From a virus, in IMG/VR virus record IMGVR_UViG_3300045995_000532, positions 38,679 to 102,678 of that record: a stretch of DNA of 64,000 nt; one strand, written 5' to 3'. Shown one piece after another: positions 47,101 to 54,661 of the stretch (position 1 is the first letter of the stretch; each line of letters starts with the position of its first letter). A program made the position numbers and the translations under genes. A model generated the notes under the pieces. It had not been told where the DNA came from and searched no databases. It saw nothing but the letters and a program-made list of their open reading frames with translations.

Positions 47101-48024
47101 ATGAGTGTCGCCTAAATGACCCTTATTGAACCCGTACCTAGATGCCCTTCCCTGGCCTGACGAGGCATGTGACGCTAAATGGTAGCCCCGATCCAAGAAC
47201 TGCTGCAAGATGGGCCCGTCCATCGAGGTAATAATCGGACTGTTGCTGTCCCCATCCCCGAGCCAAGCTCCCAGGATGTATGGATCTATGGGAAGTTCAA
47301 CATCTGCGGACCGCAGGGGCTCGGCCAGGGGGATACTGTGGTTGTGCTCCCGGGCAGCGGCAGTAGTGAGCAGAGAATCTCGAATCGCCAACGTGGTACG
47401 GATCTTCGGGACAGACAGTGCCTCTGCAGGCGGTCGCCGGTGCAGGAGAGCCCAGGCGCCGGTGTGCTCCTTGTATCCGAGCGCCTTCGAGATCTGGGTG
47501 TAGTCCTGACCGGCTGCGCGCATCTCGAAGGCTCGGTCGTACAGGACTTGACGGTCACGGTGCCCCTGCTGCCTGCCGCGAGCAGTAGCCACTCGCGCCG
47601 ACTTATCCCAAGTGAGCCACTCATGCAGCTCGTCGGCGACGATGGTCGTGCCGTCGTCAAACGTCACCTCGTAGCAGGGCCGATCGCGCTGGACCGGATG
47701 AGCATCTACAACGACGGCAGCCGAGCCTGTTTCGTCGTAGACAAGATCCCCTGCCTGGAGCTCGCCCATGGTGGTCCAGCCAGCAGGGGTAGGGATCGCG
47801 GTGTCGAGAGCGAGCGCCTTGCCTGTGGCGCGCGCCATTGCATCGACCGTGTACGCGGACTCCGCGTGAGACCACGGCCATTGAAAATCCCACAGGCGGT
47901 AGCACCCGTCAGGAGACTCCTCCTCGTCGACGAAAAGGAACTCGGCAAGGTCTACGCCGGTTGGATCCTCAAGGATCGCAAGGAGGGATGCTTCGTCGGG
48001 CGTGAGTCGTTCGAGTGCTGTCAC
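44113..48024 (-). CDS. terL: Terminase large subunit with two inteins (spliced product about 542 aa)
   Basis: Exteins: ARATGK|S Walker A, LEVDE Walker B, GQDVG and MDK|TGNG nuclease motifs, HSLDA C-terminal motif. Confidence 0.93.
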   Translation of the reverse strand: MTALERLTPDEASLLAILEDPTGVDLAEFLFVDEEESPDGCYRLWDFQWPWSHAESAYTVDAMARATGKALALDTAIPTPAGWTTMGELQAGDLVYDETGSAAVVVDAHPVQRDRPCYEVTFDDGTTIVADELHEWLTWDKSARVATARGRQQGHRDRQVLYDRAFEMRAAGQDYTQISKALGYKEHTGAWALLHRRPPAEALSVPKIRTTLAIRDSLLTTAAAREHNHSIPLAEPLRSADVELPIDPYILGAWLGDGDSNSPIITSMDGPILQQFLDRGYHLASHASSGQGRASRYGFNKGHLGDTHRALRDLTVLCNKHVPVMYLRASEAQRRALMAGFFDTDGYIDPRTMVCELVQKSHRLALAVQELLRTLGEKPSIHSKRAFIGDKDCGIVYRVTWRARHNPALLPRKMDAWRPVKAGPTVTGHRRICSVTPVASVPVRCITVSSPSHLFLAGHGLVPTHNSLSVVWKAIYFVFNQPGQEMLITAPELNHLDLLTSKVENAFDRYRLLNEMRPRGINRGLKKTPHWTMTFVNRAQIMTRLPNKDGRGLKGPHPVILEVDELQDMPLAGYTELIETVKTNAPGMSWRNHGVSKGVGRDLHYTLTQNKGGNDKFKFQVLHYIAAHRPTWTDEERQIKIAQYGGDESHPDYQRNILGLPSESGSVLFVTARLMACCRRNESPWATQYNDEVYNLLKISDVLVERASGIESLLEMNYAHLGDEYSSFWGGQDVGYTNDPSEILIFGTVKGKNLDRLLLRLRLERITAGDQARAIKFLFDFYGPRLRRYGMDKMQPVSEPVLTPLGWKPIGDLKVDDYAVGSDGMPTRITGVYPQNDRRVMRVTFTDGSWTRCGPEHLWTVESTKYPKRDPITVTAQQLKLLTEQLKTKGQPRQWIVPLMSAPAEMPELDLPLDPYLLGVLLGDGNIRKHSVRFANADPFVVDEVRRLLPAGHEVKYEGRYDYGIQSVGGRGHGRDPGTGCFVQRNMVFAALDGLGLAGKSAYEKHVPEEYLRASSSQRLALLQGIMDTDGFVTPNKNSAGYVGIKITSEALARGVMELIESLGGYARISRVDRSATKSDSTGLPWHDVYAVSLGVPPGVNPFRLPRKADACTPRSAARFHRFVDTIEPDGEEKSVCIRVEAADHLYVTRSHILTHNTGNGLPLWQILKENTSIGPRLAGYNFSEKKPVAFDTRELKRGEKPEDLVIIRNIKDFSTDALRKRVDTKTIELPFDDELIGEWNGQTSYIVKTSPSDDGVVRRYGGVGNCHSLDAARMYAAAKDLEQIEALLEKPKAPAPVLAQFF
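44554..45645 (-). mobile_element. Intein 2 (364 aa) in the TerL nuclease domain; Met1, class 3 WCT motif, LAGLIDADG endonuclease
   Basis: MQPVSEPVLTPLGW...EHLW...LGVLLGDG...LQGIMDTDG...SVCIRV...ILTHN|T. Confidence 0.9.
46627..47817 (-). mobile_element. Intein 1 (397 aa) in the TerL Walker A; Ala1, class 3 WCT motif, LAGLIDADG endonuclease
   Basis: ALALDTAIPTPAGW...LHEW...LGAWLGDG...MAGFFDTDG...VRCITV...VPTHN|S. Confidence 0.92.
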
Positions 48025-48048
48025 ACCTCAGGGATCGACCTGATGGGC

Positions 48049-48558
48049 TTAGCGCAGGGTAACCGCGGTATTCCGTCTATCTTTAACCGGGTTGACCAGG
48101 ATCTTGTAGGCCGTGATTGACGCTGTCGGCCGGTCGTTGAACGCCTTCGTGACCGCCTGGGCGATCTTCATCTGCCGGTACTCCAAGAAGTACGCGGGGG
48201 ACACCTTCGCGGCCGCGGCCACCTGCTCAAGTTTCCCGCACGACAGCGGTTCGACGCCGTGAACCATGCGGTGCAGTGATGCCACGTTGAAGCCGGCCCG
48301 GCCGGCGAACCCGCGCAAGGACGGCTTCAGGAACGCGTGGATGGCCACCGTGAAGGGCTCCGTGGTGAACCGCGGCCACAGGACATCGTGGACATCCTGC
48401 ATGGTGCGCGGGTGAGGGCTGGTCATCTTGCCCTTGGCGCGCGGGTCGCGTTCCTCGGTATCGATGTTGAGGAAGATAGCCTGTAGCACCGCCGCGAAGG
48501 AGGCTGGGACCTGGTTGAACAAGTCCTCCCACGCACGAATGTCGGGCTCCCGGGTCAT
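48049..48558 (-). CDS. XRE-like HTH DNA-binding protein
   Basis: SLRGFAGRAGFNVASLHRMVHG..P.....LEQVA.A..VSPAYF. Confidence 0.75.
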   Translation of the reverse strand: MTREPDIRAWEDLFNQVPASFAAVLQAIFLNIDTEERDPRAKGKMTSPHPRTMQDVHDVLWPRFTTEPFTVAIHAFLKPSLRGFAGRAGFNVASLHRMVHGVEPLSCGKLEQVAAAAKVSPAYFLEYRQMKIAQAVTKAFNDRPTASITAYKILVNPVKDRRNTAVTLR

Positions 48559-49280
48559 CGCGCCTTCTTTCGCTTCGGGTCGCGATCCAATTTTCGGTGA
48601 CACGAAATGCACTTAGGCGTATATCGGTCAAAATCCAGCGAAAAAGCCGCTATGACCCCACTGCCCCTATATGTCTCGGCGAGCATTTCGCTGGCGTCGG
48701 TATGATCGTAAGACCATTCCTTTGCGGGAGATCCGCAGGCACAGACTTGATCCTTTGCGTTCCCCTTCGCCTTACGGAAAAGTTTGTGTACAGATACGTA
48801 AGTCGGAACGTTATTTGCCAGCCGCTTATCTCTCGCAGCCCGAGAGGCACACTCTGACCTCAGGGCAAGTTGCTCCTTGGCGTAGCATCCGCACGAGGTC
48901 GTATCGCCGGATCGTAAACTATGTATCATGACCTGAACCTCATTACCACAGTCGCACCTAGCCAGCACATGCCGCCCAGTGCGAACTCGCGGTTGGTCAT
49001 CAAGCACGACGATAAGGCGACCGTATCGGTCGCCGACAAAATCGGCCCGCTTCCCGCCGCGATTATGGTCACTTTTCAAGCATCCGCAGGACCTTGTGCC
49101 AAAACCGACATTATTACTGCCTGCCCGGAGGCTAGAACTGATAACGACCACCTCAGAGCCGCAGTCGCAAATGCAGCGCCACTCGGCCTTTTCATGCCTT
49201 GTGCCTACTCGTTCGATAACAGTCAACCTGCCCACGCGTTGGCCGCGCCAATCAACCGCTGGGCGCCCCAGTGCGCTCAT
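48555..49280 (-). CDS. Probable HNH homing endonuclease with two GRL.V...CDCG...SCGC repeats
   Basis: Duplicated CDCG/SCGC domain; C-terminal CACG...YDH...CISCH; AT-richer than flanks. Confidence 0.8.
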   Translation of the reverse strand: MSALGRPAVDWRGQRVGRLTVIERVGTRHEKAEWRCICDCGSEVVVISSSLRAGSNNVGFGTRSCGCLKSDHNRGGKRADFVGDRYGRLIVVLDDQPRVRTGRHVLARCDCGNEVQVMIHSLRSGDTTSCGCYAKEQLALRSECASRAARDKRLANNVPTYVSVHKLFRKAKGNAKDQVCACGSPAKEWSYDHTDASEMLAETYRGSGVIAAFSLDFDRYTPKCISCHRKLDRDPKRKKAR

Positions 49281-49972
49281 AAGCTACCCACCCATGTCCG
49301 CTGACTGGTTGATCTGAACTCATCATCGATCTTCTCGAAGCGGGGGATGAACTCATCCTCCACCCACTTGACGATGTCGGCCTCGCTCTCTATGCCGACC
49401 ACGCGGCGTTCCACCGCGTTCATGCGCCGGTAGGAGAGGACGATGGACTTCAGTTCCTTGGCCAGAACCATCGCCATCACAGACTGCTTCGAGCGCATGA
49501 TTCCAAATTCGCCGGCGCGCTTTTTCAACTCGGCGATGTACTCCGGCACAGAGCCCTGGGATGCGTCACGGGACTCGCGGGTGAGACCGAGCTTCGTCTT
49601 CAGCTCCATGATGATCTTGGCGCCGTCGTTCTTGTTCCGGCGAAACTGCTCGTCCTGGGAGGCTGTCAGCCAGGCCCCGTCGTAGTCCTTGCCGCGGGCC
49701 ATCCACACGGTCCACCGGTAGTCCAGCAGCTCGAAGAAGAGCACCTTGTCCAGGTCGGCGAGGTCGGTGACGGCGGTGAACTTGTTCTCGAGCAGATACG
49801 CCTTCTTGTGGGAGTTGTAGAACCTACCCTCGGGGTCGCCCTGGATCTCAATCACCGACCCGGTGGGCTGGGTGACCCGCACCGTCTTCACGGTGGTCGA
49901 TGAGACTACTTTCGCGCCTGTTGGAGCGCTCAGGGCTACGCCTTTTCGGCGCCCACTACCGATTCCACCCAC
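49277..49972 (-). CDS. Putative terminase small subunit
   Basis: MGG.GSGR N-terminus and KLGLTRESR motif; upstream of TerL. Confidence 0.65.
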   Translation of the reverse strand: MGGIGSGRRKGVALSAPTGAKVVSSTTVKTVRVTQPTGSVIEIQGDPEGRFYNSHKKAYLLENKFTAVTDLADLDKVLFFELLDYRWTVWMARGKDYDGAWLTASQDEQFRRNKNDGAKIIMELKTKLGLTRESRDASQGSVPEYIAELKKRAGEFGIMRSKQSVMAMVLAKELKSIVLSYRRMNAVERRVVGIESEADIVKWVEDEFIPRFEKIDDEFRSTSQRTWVGSL

Positions 49973-49985
49973 TGGTTCCCCCCTG

Positions 49986-50019
49986 CTCTCCGTACCGTCC
50001 CTAGTTACGGTACGGAGAG
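49986..50019. repeat. Perfect 13-8-13 inverted repeat upstream of the putative terS
   Basis: CTCTCCGTACCGT-CCCTAGTT-ACGGTACGGAGAG. Confidence 0.85.
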
Positions 50020-50054
50020 ATGGGTTCTTGTCCAGCAGTGGGAACGAGCTCGCG

Positions 50055-50282
50055 CTAAGCGGTGGGCGCAGGCGCGTCGGCGACGAACTGGTCGCCCTCG
50101 ATGTGCCCGGTGACGCTCCACCCGCACGCACCGTGGGTGAGTCGCAGAATCTTGTGCACGCTGGCCTTTACCTGCGCGCCAGCGAGCGAGTACGTCCCGA
50201 GCGGCTTGGCGAGGAACGCCTCCCTGATCTCGAACGTCGGATCAGTGCGGGAGGTGGCGCCGCACGACGGGCAGGTAGCCAT
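50055..50282 (-). CDS. Small zinc-ribbon protein
   Basis: CPSCG...HGACG; GAGGA RBS. Confidence 0.7.
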   Translation of the reverse strand: MATCPSCGATSRTDPTFEIREAFLAKPLGTYSLAGAQVKASVHKILRLTHGACGWSVTGHIEGDQFVADAPAPTA

Positions 50283-50326
50283 TTCAGTCCTCTCGATGTG
50301 TCATAGCGGGACAGTTGATCAGGCGC

Positions 50327-50620
50327 TTAACGCTGCTCGGGGTCGTCAGGCGTGTAGTTGATGCCGTACTCGTCCCGGATACCGATGCGGCACTTTGTGT
50401 GCGCTGCGAGGAAGTGGGACGAGTGGGAGCGGAAGTACGCGTCCATGTCGCAGTCGTCGACCGAGGACGGCGCGTAGTAGTCCTGATTCGCTGCCACCGC
50501 CTCGCGATCCGCGATCTCAGCGCGGACGCGCGGCACGTCGGACAAGTGCTGCCCGGACTCGTCGTCCGCGCGCAGCGGCGGGTCGTGGTCGAGGCATTCG
50601 AGGTAGATGTAGGTGCTCAT
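50327..50620 (-). CDS. Hypothetical phage protein
   Basis: AAGGAG RBS; YLECLDH...H..C.I.I.DEYG. Confidence 0.65.
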   Translation of the reverse strand: MSTYIYLECLDHDPPLRADDESGQHLSDVPRVRAEIADREAVAANQDYYAPSSVDDCDMDAYFRSHSSHFLAAHTKCRIGIRDEYGINYTPDDPEQR

Positions 50621-50672
50621 CACTCTCTCCTTGGACGTTGCATAGCGGGCATGAGCAGACGCTATGCGTTGG

Positions 50673-50801
50673 TCACTGAGACTGGTAGCGATACCGCTCT
50701 TTGTCGGCACCGAGTTCGTCCATCTGCTCTTGGGTCAGGTCGCTTAGCGGGACGATGGTTTTCGTCGTGGTGTCGATCATCCAGATGGGTGGCATTTTCA
50801 T
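50673..50801 (-). CDS. 42-aa hypothetical protein
   Basis: GGAG RBS, MKMPPIWMIDT...; manual translation. Confidence 0.4.
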   Translation of the reverse strand: MKMPPIWMIDTTTKTIVPLSDLTQEQMDELGADKERYRYQSQ

Positions 50802-50825
50802 CGGATCTCCGCTTTCTCGCAGGCG

Positions 50826-50972
50826 CTAAACGGTGTCGTCGTCGCCCGCGTTTTCGGCATCGACGTCAGTGGGGGTACGGAGGCATGAGCAGATGGGCTG
50901 CTGAAGCGTCCCCTCGCACCTGCTGTAGTAGTGGTGGGCATCGGTGACGTGTCCGCATTCCGAGCACTTCAT
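50826..50972 (-). CDS. 48-aa Cys/His-rich protein
   Basis: GAGGAG RBS; MKCSECGH...H...C...CSC; manual translation. Confidence 0.5.
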   Translation of the reverse strand: MKCSECGHVTDAHHYYSRCEGTLQQPICSCLRTPTDVDAENAGDDDTV

Positions 50973-51051
50973 CGGGTCGCTCCTCTCGTTGGTCATGCCG
51001 TTTAGCGGGCACTAGATGCCGGGACAAACTAGCCCGAACCCGGACATCCCG

Positions 51052-51807
51052 CTACGTCAACACGCCGCGCATCTGAGCATCCGACGCGAACATCGCCTCA
51101 CGAGCAGCCTGCACCCACGCCCGCTGGACCGACGACGTCGGCCGGCTCAGCAGCAACTCCGCCGCCGTCAGATCTCGCACCACAGGGAGGCTGGCCACCC
51201 TCCCCGACCCAGCCAACGAGTGGACGAACTTCGTGGCCGTCTCCACCTCCCTGCGCGCCGCAGACCACCTCATCAACAGCACTGGGGTCAACGGCAGATG
51301 CTCAGCCATCGCGTGGTAACCCGTCAGTGCGCTGGGAGAACTCGACACCCTCACCGGGAACGGATGCACACCATCCACCATCACGGCCGTTCGAGCATGA
51401 GCCCCCACGTGTGTGATCCACGCCGCATCCTCAACCGTCAACCACACCAACCCCCGCGGATGGACCCACGTGAACTGGATGGCAGCCACAACACCGGGTG
51501 CCGCCCAACCCCTCTCCCGATACTCCAGCAACCCCCAGGAGCTGCTCAACAGCTTCCCCCGGCGGGCTGCAGTCACCACCAGGATCGGATTCGCCCACGG
51601 GCCCTCAGCGAGGTCAGCTGGTGTTGCTGATGTCCGACCCGCCCGCGTCGCAGAGTTGAAGGTCACCTGCTCCACATGAGCCACCACCGTGGACCGAACC
51701 CGATCACGGCGCGCCGCCACGAACGAACCAGCCGGCGCCGAACCCCGACGGCGATCCGACACCGAACGCACCGCGCCAGCGAACCTCGCCTGATCCGCTC
51801 GCGTCAT
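51052..51807 (-). CDS. Hypothetical protein
   Basis: Long ORF starting MTRADQ after GAAGG. Confidence 0.55.
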   Translation of the reverse strand: MTRADQARFAGAVRSVSDRRRGSAPAGSFVAARRDRVRSTVVAHVEQVTFNSATRAGRTSATPADLAEGPWANPILVVTAARRGKLLSSSWGLLEYRERGWAAPGVVAAIQFTWVHPRGLVWLTVEDAAWITHVGAHARTAVMVDGVHPFPVRVSSSPSALTGYHAMAEHLPLTPVLLMRWSAARREVETATKFVHSLAGSGRVASLPVVRDLTAAELLLSRPTSSVQRAWVQAAREAMFASDAQMRGVLT

Positions 51808-51809
51808 GA

Positions 51810-52240
51810 CCTGACCTTCGCCCCCTCGAGCAACCTCGGTCCGCGCCGACGTTCTGACCGGTCGCGCAGACCGCCTCGCGCGCGTAGAACAGGTAACTAG
51901 TAGTAACCAGAAGGACCTTCTACCAGCGCTCTTCATCGGAGATGAAGCTACGAGCGAAGCGAGTCCAGAGGAGCTGAGCGAAGCGAAGCGGAGGCTGGAA
52001 GCCTCTGCTTGTCGCTTGTCGCAGTTTTCGAGGGTAACCACAGGAGTACAGGTAAGAACCTGATAGAGCAACCGCTGACGCTCTGACGTACCGGTCAAGA
52101 TGTTGCCAGGGCAGTGGAGGAGACTCTTCAGCCAGCGCTCTTGGAGAGGAACGACGCTCTGAGCGATACGTCAGAACGTCGGTAGTGGTAACTCACCTGT
52201 AGCCCGGCGACGATCACGCCATGAGTCCCACGCGCAGGTC
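51810..52240. promoter_or_regulatory. Divergent non-coding control region with three 11-8-11 palindromes (51847-51876, 52076-52105, 52152-52181)
   Basis: About 430 bp between divergent genes; AT-richer; repeated motifs. Confidence 0.65.
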
Positions 52241-52243
52241 AGC

Positions 52244-52513
52244 ATGAGGATCGCCTTCGGCGCCTCTGCCATCGTCCTGGTGATCATCACGCTATGGATG
52301 GCCGCCGCAGCCGATCGCCGCAACCTCGACGACGAGTTCCCATGCGGGTGCGCCTGGCCCGACAATGTCGACGATGATGTGCCCGGGGGCGGCCAGATGA
52401 TCTGCATGCACGGGTTCGCGTACATCTACCGGCCCTGGACTGACGCTCACGGGACCGTCCAGGACGGCTGGGAGTCAGCCGGCACCTTCCCATGGGCAGG
52501 GGAGAACACGTGA
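52244..52513 (+). CDS. Small membrane/secreted protein
   Basis: Hydrophobic N-terminal helix; coupled to the next gene. Confidence 0.6.
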   Translation: MRIAFGASAIVLVIITLWMAAAADRRNLDDEFPCGCAWPDNVDDDVPGGGQMICMHGFAYIYRPWTDAHGTVQDGWESAGTFPWAGENT

Positions 52514-52824
52514 GCACGCTGGAAGATGCCGTCCGGGTGGCCGCGCAAGCCGTCTACGAGATCCACCTCGAGCACGCTCCCGCGGAGCGGAACGGCTGGG
52601 ACGATCTGCCGGCCATCGATCAGCACTACTGGCTAGAGGCGGTGCTGCCCGCCGTGGCGGCCGCGGCGCCCGTGATAGCTGCGCAGACGCGCTATGAGGC
52701 TGATGGTCTCGCGCGATGGCTCGTTGCCCTCGACGATGACGATCCGACCTCGCCCGGCCGGCTCGAGCGCCAGACGGTCACCCTGCAGCAGATCACCGAA
52801 CGTGCCCGCACGTTCCTGGCCTGA
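52510..52824 (+). CDS. Hypothetical phage protein
   Basis: GGGGAG RBS, GTGA coupling. Confidence 0.7.
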   Translation: MSTLEDAVRVAAQAVYEIHLEHAPAERNGWDDLPAIDQHYWLEAVLPAVAAAAPVIAAQTRYEADGLARWLVALDDDDPTSPGRLERQTVTLQQITERARTFLA

Positions 52825-53221
52825 TGTCCACCAAGGCGGCCTACCGACGGGACCAGCAGCGCAAGATCTACCGCGCCACCAACCCCGACTACACCTGGGC
52901 CGTCCCCGCGTCCAAAGTTCGCGAACTCATCGAGATCCAGGCAAAGCGGTACCAGCTCGGTTACAAGGCGCTCGCCCTGGCCGCCGGCATCGGCATCTCC
53001 CAGATGTGGCGCATCCGCACCGGGAAGACCGTGACCGCGTACCCATCCACTATGAAGAAGCTCAACGAGCTCCCGTATCTGGTCGTGATGACGCTCATTT
53101 GAAAGTACCCAGACCTGCTCACTGAAATTCCTCACCCGCGTGGCTCCGCCGAGTTGGGCGGGGCCTCCCTGAGGCTGGTGGTCATCGACCACGCACCAGC
53201 TCAAGGGGGCCCCTACCGCTC

Positions 53222-54661
53222 ATGCTCACACGGGAGGACGACATCGACGTGCACGCGTTGCGCCGCCAGGGTTGGACGATCTCCGCGATCGCCCGTCACC
53301 TGGGAAGAGACCGTAAGACGATCCGCGGCTACCTCGCGGGTGCCCGGGTGGCTGGGGTCCGCGTCCGGACGCGCACCGATCCGTTCGAGGTGTTCGCGCC
53401 GTACTGCGCCCAGCGCCTGAGTGACGACCCGCACGTGTGGGCCAGCACCCTGTACGACGAGCTGACCGACCGCGGCTACGTGGGGTCGTATCCGACGATG
53501 ACCCGCCAGCTGCGGACGCGGGCGTTGCGCCCGGCGTGTGAGCCGTGCCGGCCGGCGAAGGGCCGCCCGATCGCGGTGATCGAGCACCCGCCTGGGGAGG
53601 AAACACAGTGGGACTGGGTCGAGCTGCCCGACCCGCCCGCGTCGTGGGGGTGGGGCAGCCACGCGCACCTGCTCGTCGGCGCGCTGTCCCACTCCGGGTG
53701 CTGGCGGGGTCTGCTGTGCGAGTCCGAGGACCAGCCCCACCTGATCGACGGGCTGGACCGGATCTCCCGCGCGTTGGGCGGGTTGACGCGGGACTGGCGC
53801 TTCGACCGGATGGCGACCGTGATCAGCCCCGGCTCGGGGAGGGTCAGCGCATCGTTCGCCGGCGTCGCCAAGCACTACGGAGTCGTCGTACGGCCCTGCC
53901 CTCCGCGCCGTGGGAACCGTAAGGGCGTCGTGGAGAAGGCCAACCACGTCGCGGCGCAACGCTTCTGGCGGACCCTGCCCGACGAGATGAGCGTGGAGGA
54001 GGCCCAGCTCAAGCTGGACACCTGGTGCGCACGCCGCGGGGACGCCCGGACCCGGCCCACCGAGACCGGGAAGATGACCGTCGCCGCCCTGGCCGCCGGC
54101 GAGCCGTTGGGCCCGGTCCCGCCGGCGTTCCCCGCGACGCTGACCACCGAGCGGACCGTCTCGGCGCAGGCCCTGGTCTCGTTCCGCGGGAACCGGTACT
54201 CCGTCCCACCCGAGCTCGCCGCCGCGAGGGTGAGCGTCGTCCTGCGCCTCGGCGCGGACACCATCGACATCGCCACGACGCCCGGACCGGCCGTCGGGGC
54301 GCGGGGCGGGATCGTCATCGCCCGCCACCACCTGGCCCCGACCGGAGCCGGGGCCATGATCCGCGACCACGGCCACGTCGTGGCCCTGGAACACGCCGCG
54401 ATGGCGGCGGCCACCTCCGCGAGCCCGCACCGCGGCAAGGTCCGACGCCCACCCACCCAGGCCGCCCTGGCCGTAGCACCGGCCCTGCTGGCGGGGGCTG
54501 CCGCGGACGGCGCGGCGACCCCTACCAGCGCCCAGGCTGGGCAGGGAAAGGTCGTTGACCTGGCCCGATACGCCGCCGCCGCGGCCGGGCGCAACACCCT
54601 GGCAACGGAAGCGAACACCCGTCCCGACCCGACGACACGCAAGGAGACCCCGACCTCATGA
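53222..54661 (+). CDS. istA: IS21 DDE transposase
   Basis: HTH ISAIARHLGRDRKTIR; PGEETQWDW, FDRM, KGVVE. Confidence 0.96.
   Translation: MLTREDDIDVHALRRQGWTISAIARHLGRDRKTIRGYLAGARVAGVRVRTRTDPFEVFAPYCAQRLSDDPHVWASTLYDELTDRGYVGSYPTMTRQLRTRALRPACEPCRPAKGRPIAVIEHPPGEETQWDWVELPDPPASWGWGSHAHLLVGALSHSGCWRGLLCESEDQPHLIDGLDRISRALGGLTRDWRFDRMATVISPGSGRVSASFAGVAKHYGVVVRPCPPRRGNRKGVVEKANHVAAQRFWRTLPDEMSVEEAQLKLDTWCARRGDARTRPTETGKMTVAALAAGEPLGPVPPAFPATLTTERTVSAQALVSFRGNRYSVPPELAAARVSVVLRLGADTIDIATTPGPAVGARGGIVIARHHLAPTGAGAMIRDHGHVVALEHAAMAAATSASPHRGKVRRPPTQAALAVAPALLAGAAADGAATPTSAQAGQGKVVDLARYAAAAAGRNTLATEANTRPDPTTRKETPTS

Noticed and set aside
49986-50019. Protelomerase (telRL) site of a linear phage-plasmid
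   Set aside because: Short, with an 8-nt non-palindromic centre, and no protelomerase in the window
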